From NCBI GenBank assembly GCA_017499595.2, contig CM039001.1:3348001-3412000 (forward strand): a DNA stretch of 64,000 nt. Direction: 5' to 3'. A model generated the notes under the pieces. The model was not told where the DNA came from. It saw nothing but the letters and a program-made list of their open reading frames with translations, and made no database searches. This DNA is from Psilocybe cubensis (lineage: Eukaryota). The position numbers and the translations under genes were made by a program. Within the stretch, counting starts at the first letter, position 1, and every line of letters begins with the position of its first letter. Shown here one piece after another: positions 1-13,175 of this stretch.

Positions 1-773
1 TGGTGTGATTTAAATAATTGTGATCCTTTTGATGATCTTCAAGGGCCTACAATCACTTGATCATAAACTTGCAACGGAGGTTCTGTACTATCCTCGACTT
101 CTTCAAATAGGTCACCATGGTACGAGATTGTCCTTAAGAAGGTTACCATAAAGTTTCCAGCTTCAAACCACCGGTTACGGTTGAAGTATGAGGGTTAGTG
201 AACGCCAAGCAGTAGGCCGGACGGACCGCGGATATCAAAATGACTTATAAGGCAGGCATCATGCATGGATGGTCGAGTAAGCGCCTGTGTTGCATATATC
301 CGAATTTGAGTCTCAAACAAGACAATTAAAAAGCGAATCCTTGAACTTATAGAAAAAAAACGAACTCACCCTAGAGACATTGGAAAGGTAGGACATCCAA
401 ACGTCTGAAGCTACTCCGGACAGGGTTTCGCCATTTTTTGCGTGTTCCTCCGTTGGAAAAGCTTCGAGTTACATGGGAGTGTGTTCAAGTATATAAGAAA
501 AGATGAGCGGCCTTGTCGATAACCCCATACCCCCCAGAGTTTTTTTAACCACCAAATATCATGGGCCGCTGCCTCCGCAAAGTCTAACGATATAGTGCTT
601 ACTTATCGGCCACACTCAACCCCACAAGCAAGACTGAGTCAAATGACTGCATGTAAATTGATCCAGATTCGAGAGTCGTACTGACCCGATTTCTTGCGTC
701 TATAAATCCAATGCGGCCGGAGTGCGGCCGTTTAATTATTTGGTACCACACAACACAGTTAGATTGCAGGCTC

Positions 774-2758
774 TTATGTTCGTTTTACCTGGTATTTTTC
801 CCATCCGACTTCTTTGAGTATTTCAACCTTTCCTAGGACCTCCGCTTCCATTGCTTTCATGTATTGGTCCATTGCTTCAATGAGGCCTGGGATACCGGCG
901 GACAGGATACGCACAGCAAGAAGTCCTGCGTTCATGCCGTTGTTTATGGCCACTGTAGCGACGGGTATACCACGCTAGTTTTTATTCAGGAAGATAGTTA
1001 GTAAAGAGAACCCAAAATTATTTTAAACTTATCGACGTACAGGCATTTGCACAATGCTATGCAAGGAGTCGACACCGTCGAGCGTGCTACCTTTGACAGG
1101 GACGCCAATAACGGGTAGCGCAGTCATAGCTGCTACCATCCCTGGCAGATGAGCAGCGCCGCCGGCTCCCGCAATGATTGTCCGCAGGCCGCGAGTCGAT
1201 GCCGAGCGAGCATAATCGACGAGTCGATCAGGCGTCCGATGCGCCGAGACAATTGTGAGCTCGTATGGGATTTTGAATTGGTCGAGAACGCGCGCGGCGG
1301 GTAGCATGACTGGTAGATCGGAGTCTGAGCCCATAATGATACCCACTAGTGGGTTAGGGTCCGAAAATCCAGAGCCTGGAGTAGCGACAATCGGCGCGTA
1401 ACGATCCACTTCCTCTGAAGTACTTTCAGGTAATGATTCGAGAAGGGGCCGCAGACGGCTTCTCAGCTGTGCATCCGAGTCGGCTACAATGGTGATATGG
1501 CCCATTTTACGTCCCTTTCGGCATTCTGATTTCCCATAGAGATGCACTGAGACACCAGGGATAGTCAAAGCGACATCTACAGTTTTCTGAATTTCTTGCA
1601 TTGACGACGAATATCCTATCAGATTCAGCATCGCAGCTGATGGGACTTTAAGTGCTGTGGAGCCAAGGGGCAACGAGAGAATTGCGCGGAGATGGTTTTC
1701 ATATTGAGATGTTTCACAGGCTTCAATCGTGTAATGGCCGGAGTTATGAGGTCGAGGGGCAATTTCATTGATGAAAATCTTTCCTAAAGAATTGTCACGT
1801 CATCAGGGTTAAGAGGACGGCGAGCAAAACAAAACTAACGCACCATCTTCCATCAAGAACATTTCAACACCAAAGACACCAGCGCCGGAGAAAGACTTAA
1901 CGGCGGTTTCGGCAATGGCTCTTGCTCGTTGTGATAGCGAAGGATCGCGACTGCGAAGCGGTGCGAAAACAAGATGACAGATGTTGTCCTTGTGAACGGT
2001 TTCCACGACGGGGTACGACTGAACTTGCCCATCAACCGCTCTTACTACCATGACCGCAATTTCCTGTTTGAAAGGAACCCATCTTTCAGCGTATAAGGGC
2101 CGGTTATTGAGGAAAGTGATTGCTTCTTGCGCCTGTCCAAGCTCCCGGAGGACAAAGTTGCCACGTCCGTCGTATGCCAACGTACGGCTTTTCAGCATCA
2201 GGGGTAGCCCTAGCTTTCCTGCGACATCGGAGATGGATTCTACGGACGACTCTACAGCCACGAAATCTGATATTGGGAGGCCATGCGAAGATAGATGGAC
2301 CTTTTGTCGATATTTATCTTGAATGATTTCAACAGTCGAAGGGTGGGGATGGACAACCAGTTCCTTATGCTGAAAGGCGGACTGAACTTCTTGGAGCGTT
2401 GCCGTATTTACGTGTTCAATCTCTATTGTAAGAATATCCACTTTGTTGGCTAATTCGCGTATTTTTTCTGGGTTAGCAAAGGATCCGTCGACATGGGACA
2501 GATGAAGTGCGGTAGGCGCAACGATACGTTTAGCGGGTCCGTGATGTCCATCGTCCAGAATAACAACATTCACATTCAAAAGTGAAGCAGATGCTGCCAG
2601 CATTCGACCAAGCTGGCCTCCCCCTATTGAAAATGTTGGTTCTCACATAACCTCAAACGATGAAATCCTGGATAAATGATCGCTATTCAGTACGAATTGA
2701 CTAGAAAAACACAAGTGGACTCACGCGCACCAAGTATTCCAACTACCTTGTCAGACAT
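774..2758 (-). CDS. ADE2: Phosphoribosylaminoimidazole carboxylase (PurK-PurE fusion), multi-exon, copy A
   Basis: Start [10 protein letters not shown] spliced to [11 protein letters not shown]-grasp motifs LAYDGRGN and [11 protein letters not shown]. PurE motifs [18 protein letters not shown] and [13 protein letters not shown]. Last exon ends [10 protein letters not shown] at 774. Confidence 0.96.
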
Positions 2759-4567
2759 TATCGGTTCGAGATGGTGATTAAAAGAGAGATAGCAAATTTT
2801 TGTGGCATTCGTCCATCTAACCCTGATCTAAGGTCACAATTATTTTTAAATTATTAACCCGAAGTGTTGCCGAATCCGAACCTTTACCTTCGTTCAACGT
2901 CATTCATACTGTAGCATATATTTAATGTCCATAGAGAAGAAAGATGGAACTGAAAGGAAAAGTATCCGTTGAAAGAATGGCCTGGTATGATTGCAACATT
3001 TACTTTGCTTGACGTCATCACTGATGTTGAAAACCACTGCTCAGCCTAAAATTGCCTGGAGGCTAACACCAATGGGAGTCTTCCCAAAGCCCTAGGGCAC
3101 ACCCTTGCTCAAAAGCTTCCTAGAACTCCTTGCTTCCTAGAACTCCTTGAAGGCTCTTAATTGACTCTCCTTGGCACTCTTGCCGCATCTTGTTCTCGTT
3201 CATTCACCGTTTCTACTGGCAGTGGAAATATAAGAAGGAAGGGAAGCAATCACTTCATACCGCGAATTCTCAGGTATACGTCCCAGATCAAAATCTCTCC
3301 CTTTTCGGAGAACCTGGACATATTTGCAGTAACAACACCTAAAATGGCTCACAAAATCGTCTCGCGTGTGTTAATTTTCCGTTTTTCGAGAACTAGAGCC
3401 CGGAGGAGGGAGATAAAGCAAAAGAGAACGAGACACTAGAGCCTCCCGATACGAGGTCTGCTGGTACATAACGGTAATGAATCAACAACCCGATTTTCAG
3501 TCAAAAATGATGCTTCGCTTGCGGGACATACATGTTCTAGTTCTTTGTGGATGATTTTACCGCTGAGAGCCGCTGAGGATGTTGCAGAACTCTTCGTGGC
3601 CTGCTAATCCGGATAAATCGGAAAATAAAAGGTCAAGGGGTATCCGAACATCTCAACCAATTGCTCATCGGCGATGTCGAAGCCCAACGTTGGCAGTCAG
3701 GCCGATTCTCCATGTGCAAGAGTAAATTTTCTATCTCCACACCAAAGAAGCGACCGGTTTTCAAGCCTATGAAGTAAATGCTAATTCAACACAAACCGAC
3801 GTATACGAGTTCTTACGTGCTCCGATCGTACCTCATGTTGTGTAGACTAAGAAAAAGCCAATTGTTACTGGCTATGAACACACGCCGGTGATATACGAAA
3901 TTCAAAGGAACCTACTGACCACGCATATGATCTCTGGGCATTAAACGGGTAGACATCTCCTACTATTCCTATACAGCCTGTAATACCTTAAAGGATACCC
4001 GCCTTAAACTCAGCAAGATAGATTTTCCTTCTTCCGAATCCGTTGATAATTATCGCGAATGGCCGGAATCCTCGCAGTGAACATCAGTGAACATTTTCCG
4101 AGGAAAATTTACTGTTTCAACGTGCGCCACCATTTTTTTTAAAAAAGATACCCATGAGCTAATCGGCATCTTGTTTTAGATTGGATGCCCATTGTATTTC
4201 ACCCTTGAAGAGGATACACTGTGACGAGGTTTAACGGTGCCGGTTGTGCCCGTGAGTACTCATGTCCGAATGTCAGCTACTTGGCAACGTAAACATGATA
4301 CATTGCGACAATAAGCTACTCTATTCCGTTGACTTCAAATATCACTATGACTTGGACTCATGAGTGTCTTTTAAGTTGTCACCCAGCCCCTGAACGATGA
4401 CGATGACGCGCGCTTGGTGTGCTAAAAGTCACGTCAAAATCATAAATCACGTGAACATTAATATAATTTGAATTTCAGACTCCGAAAAATCAATCAGCGT
4501 TAGTATGCGATAACGAGTCTTCGTCGTCTCAGAATCCATTCGAACCCTGTTTATTCACTAGTTCATA

Positions 4568-6511
4568 ATGTCGCATCCCATCGCCTTTACACGTCCAGAG
4601 TATGATTGTCAAACGATAGATTCGTCTGGCAGTGCGCAAAACTGGACTTTAGTCAAGGAGCGACTACGTATTTTAAATTGCGGAAAGGACGCGCACGGAT
4701 ACAGCGAATTTTCTGGATTTGGATGTCCTCCTTTAACCCTTGGGAAGAGCGGCGACATTTACCTTGATCTTGACCCTGCATCCATCAATTTGTATGGCCG
4801 CTATACAGACGAATGGAAACTTTGGCCGGGACCTCATTCCCGTGATGACGTTTTGTTACATCCAATCTACCAAAATCGTTGTCTATGGTGCTCTGAGACG
4901 ATTGGGTGGCAAGCTCTCAACCGTGTACAACTTCATCAGGGTGAGAATAAAAAGCTGCTCCCAGTCTATTCTTATCATAACTTCCCCAGATAAGTCTCGA
5001 CAGATTGTCATCGCCAATTCTGCTACGTATGAAGAACATCAGAAATATGTAAAGAAAAGACAAATTCTGGAAACTAATGGTCCAAATCCAAAAAGGTCCA
5101 AGACCACAAAGAGCCCAAATCAATCACAGGCCTCCTCGTCTTGCCAACGTATACCAAAAAATTCTAGTATGTTGTAATTTTATCATATTATACAAACTGA
5201 GAGCGATGGTCCCGAATCGAGCTGTATCATCTCATAGCCAACATCTAGGGCCGACGACCAACTCTCCATCCCGATTTGTTTCAAGTGGCGGTCAACTCAC
5301 CACCGCATCTGTCCGAGTACACATGGCATTTGGTTCTCAAGTCATTGCGAACACATCTGCCGGGCTCCGAAGTCCTATAGCGGAGGGAAACGGCATGGGA
5401 ACCGGAGAAGAACCTAGCAATCTGGTTGCTGACTTTGAAAAACTAAAAGATGTTGCAAACACTGCGGTGTATGGGTTACAGATCGCTCAGCAACAAATTG
5501 ATCGTTTGAAACAAGAAAATGATTTTTTGAGATCAACGCTGGCGCAACTTTCTCAAAATGATAGAAGTCGTGTTCATCACACGCCCCGGGTGGAATCGGC
5601 CCTGACTAGCTTGGATCGCGGTGAGCTTACTAGTGTGGTTAATTTTGCTTGGAGCAAGGGTTTGACGCCATCTCGAAACTTGTTTAATAATCCATTGCCT
5701 TCAGGAACTGAACGTTTGACTGGACAAACACCGGATGTGAACACCGAAGTTCCACCAAACGGTATTTAAAAATCAAAAATTTTCATTTGTATTAATTGAT
5801 TATTGATTAAGATAATGTGCAGGGATACCAGATGATGCAGACTTCCTTAGCGTTAACTCTTCAAGAATATCAGGGAATTGGATTCCAAATGACAGCCTAG
5901 TCCAAATGCAAACATCAGGCGCCCATGCTGTTGAATCAGACCTAGACCATCCACCAAGCTCGCTTCGAGTTGCCGATTCCATGCCTATCGATATTGGCTG
6001 CACAGCTCAGTCTCAAGCTCTCGTCAACGACAAGGAAGCTGCGGATCTACCAATGCCTCCGAGTTCCGTGCACTCTCTGCATAGTTATCGAGTAGAGTCG
6101 GAAACGGAAGACGCACCTGCCGGTGCCGGTATCGGTAAGGTCTAATCTAAGCGCCATCTGGAACACGTGTCAGGAACTTAAAATCGTTATCTAAATTACC
6201 AGAAGCACCTTTGCAGCTGAAGCTGAAGCTTGAACAGGCACATATGTCCATTCTCTATGGACAAGTGGATGATTTTATCGCTTGTAGACTTTGCAGGTGA
6301 GTCAAAAATAATGACTACGTAAACGGAACACATTTATAACAGTTTGTGTCTTAGAGCGCAAGGTAGCCCGATTTTCGAAATAAAAGCAGCCACACAAGAC
6401 TCGAGGAAAGCTATGGAACGACATCTCATTGAAGAGCATCCGGTTGAAGTTGAGACGATGTGTTGTCTGAAGTACGATGATCTCCAACAGCTAAAAGACG
6501 TGATGCTGTGA
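4568..6511 (+). CDS. Hypothetical multi-exon protein with a central coiled-coil-like stretch and a C-terminal CxxC...HxxxxH putative zinc finger, copy A
   Basis: ORFs 4568-4993, 5077-5769 and 5906-6145 can be linked by GT-AG introns. The spliced 3' end reads CRLCRAQGSPIFEIKAATQDSRKAMERHLIEEHP...DVML* (TGA 6509-6511). Internal exon boundaries are approximate. Confidence 0.6.
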
Positions 6512-9500
6512 TTTTCGTTCTGAAATCATACTTGTCCTCCGAATTGATTCTGATTATTTTGATGGGTATAAACGTGGATTTTGACCCTTTGAAATGATTG
6601 TGGGGCTGTGTATACGTGAGATCTTATCAGTTAGTTTTTTACTTGCGCAATCTGTAAGTTTTTAATCTTGGTTCCTACAATATACTGTTATCTGTAAGCA
6701 GTGGGGTCACTTTGCGAATTGAGAGGATATACAAGTGCACGATCTAAAAATACAGTGTCGGGGTGTAAGTCGATAACTCCTCTATGTCGATGGTAGAATG
6801 GCCTCAAGCACAATGATATGATTTCTTCAAATGTATCTGTACTCTGCTCGGGATGGCCAAGAGAAAATCTTGTGGTCGCAAAATTCACGATATCAGAATA
6901 TTTCTATTTTAATTCTATAACAAATGGATCTGGCCAAGATTCCCATCTATCATATTCGCAAACTCGGCCAGATGACCTTGAAGGTGGACGGCCACGATAT
7001 GTCACCACATATCGGTCCGATTCGCGCGGGCAACACACCTTGTCGTCGTTTCCTAAATGTTGAAGTCCGAATGAGGAGGGATTGCTTCATTAGGAACAAA
7101 AGGCCTCAAAGCAGTATAGCGACTATGATGTTATCGTCGGTGGATTAAATGGCTTTAGATGTCCACCGTTGAGTCGGTTTTGATAAGTTTCCATTGTCGG
7201 AACATCTTTTTTTCAATACTCCAAGTAGGTATCTTTGGAGATATACTCTTACAGGGTGCTAACTTTTGCACCCCATGCCGTGCTTCTGTAAATGCTTGAA
7301 TTCTTAATGACAAAAGTAACGGTAGCTAGTTTACAAACCTGTGTATTGAGTTGATGTTTAACAGGAAACGTACCATACAGTTCAGACGGAATATACAGTG
7401 GACGGGGATCAAATGTCGGACATTGTAGAAATCTTTAGGTGTTAAATGACGGCTAATACGAAGATGATAGGTGTCAACATAGAGTTACAGCAAGATATAT
7501 ACATTTTCCTTGTCATAGTTCAATTGTATTTCTTACCTTCAGTTATCAACTACTTGCACAGCCATTTTGTAAATGTTATACCCAAGCACAGATGCCAGAC
7601 CCTCTTCGCAAGCGATTTTTTGTTCGGGACAGCTCTCTTAATCGGTATGGCCTACGGAGGGCACGAAAAATATTCCCAGCTTTATAAATGCCCGTTTAGT
7701 TAGAAATTAATTGCATACAGCCTGTCTGAAAGGCTCAAGCGCCCATTAATATGCTTAGGCCCAGAACTGGGCGCCAAAAGTAGTTTTATTCATTAAAAAT
7801 GTGGAATATCACAAGTAAGTTTGAAAGCTAATCCATAAAGATGGGAAACTATGAGAGGTTACAGGTTACCTTTAGTCATTTTCTGTCGCTGCGGTTAGCT
7901 TCAATCCTACACAATTTTGAAGATGACAACGGGTCATCGACAGATATTGTGACATAGCATCAATTACAGATTTACGATAAAACGGACAACAACTAGGGCG
8001 ACTACCGGAGATATACCTTGAGAACTATTGGAAGAAAAACAGGACTGCGTAGCAATCTCTCAGACGCACAGTTCTGTCATCATCCAACGCTCGCGAATAA
8101 CAAGGGCATATTCCCACGTAAGCCGTGCACTTGGACATTGTGGTATGTTTTGTCTCTAAAAGCACCGTAGTAATCGCTACATTCACTGAAAGGTTAGACA
8201 ACTATCGTATGGGCGAATATGTACCGACCAATTTGACAGCCGATACCAACTTCATGGAGCTTACTGCTTAGAATAGTTTAGTACCTCAGTGGGTTTATCT
8301 CTGTTATCAAGACGCTTTCAAGCAAGTTCTCTGTTAGCTGTCCAGTGTATTTACTAATTGGCGGCGGCAGAACATGCCCTGTCAGCAAAAAGATGAGAAG
8401 TAGTCTGGGAGCCATTCCATACACCTTGCTCTCCAAACACGAAACAACTGCATACCCATATCATTTGGCATGACTATGACAGAGGAGGCTCTAGACCGAG
8501 TCGTGTTCTGGTGTCGAGATTGAAACTAGCGCCACCGCTACAACGACGACTCATTGTAAAGAATGCTCACTTCAGATATGATAAAGACAATTCATAGATC
8601 TAATAGTAGGTAGATACTAGATAAAGAACGAACCAGCTTATTTCAACATGGTTTGCTATTCATATCACTCAGGTTGGCTTGAACATGGTAGAAATATTTA
8701 ATTTATTACTGACACACGGGGCACTGAACTGTGTTTTCTGTAGTCCAGTTTAATTGGTATTTAATTCTGAAAAATTCTGGAGTGCGCTGTTTGCTTAAGC
8801 AGATTGAATTGCTAAGCGCTTGCCGGTGGCCGCGGAAGCACAGATGTAACGCTCTGGCGGTCATCGATCGGAGAAGGTAAGAAAACGGCAAGCAACGGCA
8901 CCGCATGGCACAACAATTGGATCGAGATTGCGGCATCCAGAATTTGAAAAACCCCTGGTACCTCATATGATACCAGCGTGATCGTGCAGACTTGTACATA
9001 CTGGCATTGGCAAGGACGATAGATTCAGAGAGCCGGGGATGAAACCGAATAATGGTGAGGACTTCCGACACTAACATGAATCGGTTATCCGCCATGACCT
9101 ACGGGTACATACTGCTATTGAATATTCAGCAAAGAAATGATACATACATATCTCAGTGCGCTTCCCCTTCCTCCCACACTTGGGAACTAGAGATATAGAT
9201 CAGCTATGGTGGATCACTAGAGTGGTCCACTCACAGCCTAGAAGACCAAACTAGCCTAGTAGCCTACCTACCTAACCTCGCCGGACATATTGTATGATAT
9301 TGGGCATTAGTCAAGCTTCAACGTTCAAAACCAACTATTACTTCAAATTCTACATTTTATGAGAGGATTCACGAAGCTTCGGTGATACACCAAAAAGTGA
9401 GACTATTACCACGAAGCGTACTCCTTTGTCATGATTTAATTTGTAGTAATGACCAGAAATATTATGATGACCCTTGGGCGACCCTGGCTAATAATGATGT

Positions 9501-10556
9501 TTTGATAGAGTCGGTGATTTACAATATAGAATGCAATGTGATCACCCAGTCCGCTGAATAAAAAGCCTAATTTCTGATGTCAATTGTTATCATGATGCAG
9601 CATGATGGCAAAGAAAGGCTATCATTGTTAATCGCTTTAGTGGAGTAGCCAACGAGTGTCAACTTGAAAAAGAGAATCCTTCAGTAAAGTTTACCGTGCC
9701 AGTGAGTTGTGTTTTACCTCGAACTTCTATCTTCAACGGCAGTTTCATGATTTGGGATGTGTATGTAATAATGGTTGATAAATTGAGGTTTTCGCGTAAG
9801 AGGTAACACTAGCATCGCGATATCCAATGAGCGTCTCAGGAATCAGGATCCTTCGATTTGACACTTGTTTCCCGACATCGAATATGTATTATTATTCAAG
9901 CTGTAAAAATCGTCTCGAATAGACAAGAGGCTTTTAAGCGATGTGCATCTAAACACTGCAAGAATGGGGCATGAATTCATTGAATACCGTATTATGGGCA
10001 ACTATCGAGCTGTCACATGGTCCTTATTCGATTCAGTCACCAATTGGCTTTGAGGCGCTAGCGAAAAAAATGATCAAAACGTGTTTAAACCTATAAAGAA
10101 GGTTTATCCCGACTCAAGGGACCAGCCAATGGTTACCCCACACCGCTCAGTTGGCTGTTGACATCGCTATCCGGGAGAATCCGCAGACCTTGTCCAAAAC
10201 GTAGCACCCATTGACTATACACACAATACGTAAGTTAAGAAGGCTGTTCTCTCGCTTCTTCGTATTTCCAGTGGGTGGTATTACATTCGTTGCTGTGGCT
10301 GCAGGGCAAAAATTCAAGCGATTTTTAAATCAAATAAATGGATAGTACAAGTGGAAGGGTCAGACGACGTTGTTCGCGATAAACAATAAAGGCGCGCTAC
10401 AGTGGGTCTGGGTCCAATTTGAATTATTTGACGGAAAACTTTCAGGGCAGTGCCAAAGGCGCATCTGAGAGGTTATGGCGCGCTAAATAAGCCAGAAGTT
10501 ATAAGCGAGTACTTTGAACAATTGTTTGAATGTGATAATACCTTACGCCACCATAT

Positions 10557-11974
10557 TCACCAGTCGGAGAAACCCTGAAATTTACCATCCCAGCTCCACC
10601 ATATCATTTCATCATCTTCCAGATCGAGGCCAGTAGACGACACTGATAATGACTCTCGAAGAAATGCTGAGGGCTGTATACCTTGACGAGTCGTGATCCA
10701 GACCCCTTCTACTTTGGTCTTCTTGGTATGTTTAGGACGATTGATGGATTGGTTTTCAGCAGTCTGCAATCCGGAGTTGTTGAGAAAATCGTGTAAAGAT
10801 GTATCAAGTGAATTGGAGACATTTTGCTGAGGAAGCCAAGCAGGATGACTAAACCGCCTAGGTGCGCGAATAAGAACGTGTGTTTGAGTTGGGGCTAGAA
10901 AATATAGTCAATAAAATGATGACTGTCAAGTAAGAAACGATAAAGATACCATACCCAGTTCAGAACTTATCCCACATCCTTCCGCATCCGCTGCTGCAAG
11001 GGTACGAGAAAGAAGACGTTCGGCTTTCTGTAAAAATTGTAATTCTTCCGCGCGAGATACATAGAGTGGAGGTGGCGGATCTTCTCCGATAGATTTATCG
11101 CCGTTTTCCTCTTCTTCGCTTTCGCTTTCGCTTTCTTCTTCGCTACTGGTTTCTTCACTATCGTCATCCTCACTGTCCTCGGGTATGTCGTCGCTTTCAT
11201 CATTATCTTCAACACTGTCGCCTTCATCTGATTTATCAGCTTGGACATCTTCTCTTTCATCCTCGGCAATTTCGGCGTGATCCCGGGAGATTGTTCGTTC
11301 GTCCCTAACGCCCCAGATACTTTGTTCTAACCCATCAATCCCAAGAAATAATCTAGATTTTGCTGTTGTTACGCTCGGCCCCACGAGAATGGCCAAATGA
11401 ACTTGTGCCAACTTGGAATTCTGGCCAGCACATCGCGCAAGTGCCGTAGATAATGCAGAGAAGGTGGTATCAAGATGGGATGATATAGTGTCGTATGAGG
11501 CCAGTAATTCGGTACGTTGCTTGGCTGCGCGTGTGTTCATCTAGAAACCAAGTCAAGGAAGGTAGTAATATCATATTGGAGATTAACAGACCTTGCCACC
11601 CGGAAGCCTTCCTAATTGCATCACAGGACTAAAAAAGAGAAATCGTTTTATCAATGAAGAGAAATTGTGAAAATAAGTCTTGAAGCTTACAACGGGACCT
11701 GATTCTTCAGGAAGAGTACGTGTCCTAACAAACTTGTAGCCAATCTCCCAGCAGTGGCATCGTTGATTTTTTCAACTTCCAACTTCACTAGAGGGTAGCT
11801 TGAGGACTTTATAGACTCCAACTCTCCCGTATCAATGAGAATACTTTTCTCTGGCACTGGGCACGCTGTTATAGCTGGAACTTCCTGAGCATCGCTCGTC
11901 TTGCATTCGTTGACCGTAATTGATGATTCCACAGTGCCCGTAGAAGGGCCGCTCTTTGGTGTAAGATAAGGCAT
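10557..11974 (-). CDS. Conserved hypothetical protein resembling p31comet/MAD2L1BP (HORMA family) with an acidic insertion, copy A
   Basis: Four exons can be assembled: LATSLLGHVLFLKNQVP / PVMQLGRLPGGK / ...AILVGPSVTTAK...acidic tract / TQTHVLIRAPRRFSHPAWLPQQN...EMIWWSWDGKFQGFSDW*. The gene itself is well supported; the family call is from recalled motif similarity only. Confidence 0.7.
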
Positions 11975-12583
11975 CTCAACGTGAACCTTTCAAGAATTAG
12001 ACACCTGCGGCGATGGAATATATAGTTGTGGGTTGTGCTGAGAGTGCTTCCAGAAATCAACCACTGTCGGCGTTAGTGTCACGTCGCGTCATCACAACAA
12101 ATTTATATCACGTGTCCGTGGTTGTGAATCGATTTTGGTTGATGAAACCTTCATGAATAAACATTGTTTTCAAACCACGAAGTCGTAAAGCAAGACATCG
12201 ACCTAGCAGTCAGTAAATATCCACGTATTCCAATTTTTTTATCGATTTAAACCTCTTAATAGTGTGCATGCATCTCGAAACCCGAGACGACCTCATTGCC
12301 CCTATTTTCATGGAATACCAAACGTATCATTGCTATCACAAAATGAATATGCCGTGTGCGCTTCATCTTGACTTGCGATTTGCGTTTCGCTTAGGCCTTC
12401 GGTCTTGACGGTTGAATACAGGCCTCAGGTCAGCTCTCCGCGCTCACAAATTTTACAACTATGTTGTTTATTCTATTCCTCGTACTTAAGTCCTCGTCTT
12501 TCCCACATGATTGTCCCCATAGAATTGAACATCAAGGCGGACTATATTTTACTAAGTTTCTGATTCTGTCTTCATTAAACCTA

Positions 12584-13175
12584 AGATTGGGCTCATCAGG
12601 AACCAGCACCCCCTTAGGTAAGCAAAAGTTGGCTTACCTCCGAACCTTTTCAACCCTTCTGCACTCACACTATTCTACATTTTTGAACCACAGATATGTA
12701 GGTTATGCTTCTTTGAACACATCTGTGGTTTTTTTTTTCAAAAAAATTTTGATCTCAAGAAGTTATAAAGATTTTAATTTTTTTCCTTTTTTTTTAGTCT
12801 AACACGTCAGAAATGGTGTTTTCTCGAGTTTGGGAGATTTTCGAAAATTTGACAATGTTCTTTTGGCCGCTTATATAATGGTACACGTGACCACACGTGA
12901 CAATAAGTCACGCCTAAGTAATACCTCTCAGACTCATTATGGACTTCCAGAGACTACAATTTGACCTCTGAGGTGTAATTCTATTATTGTGGGCATAAAG
13001 GCTAGTAGTAAGGATTGTATATGCACATTTATGAATTTTTTTTTTTTAAACTTTTTGTCTGAAACCATTTTCCGTCAACATAACTTTTGATTTTTTTTTC
13101 GAGCTGGATTTTGGCCGCTCTTGGCGCCAAGCCCATTGATTACGTAAGGGTGCTGGTTTCTGATGAGCCCAATCT
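12584..13175. mobile_element. 592-bp non-autonomous MITE with TA target-site duplication (Tc1/mariner-like target rule)
   Basis: 28-bp TIR AGATTGGGCTCATCAG(G/A)AACCAGCACCC at 12584-12611 and 13148-13175, one mismatch. TA at 12582-83 and 13176-77. Copy B has a single TA at 54623-24. AT-rich interior with no convincing coding capacity. Confidence 0.95.

Noticed and set aside
3025-4122. Possible solo LTR: begins TGTTGAAA, ends TTTCAACG, and has an internal tandem CTTCCTAGAACTCCTTG
   Set aside because: The right end is not CA, there is no target-site duplication, and the only other copy is within the large duplication.
6688-9095. Short ORFs (6924-7148, 7446-7703, 8706-9095) and possible decayed gene fragments
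   Set aside because: No recognisable motif or consistent exon chain could be built.
12461-12802. 113-aa ORF present only in copy A
   Set aside because: It straddles the MITE boundary and runs through T-rich sequence, so it is a by-product of the insertion.
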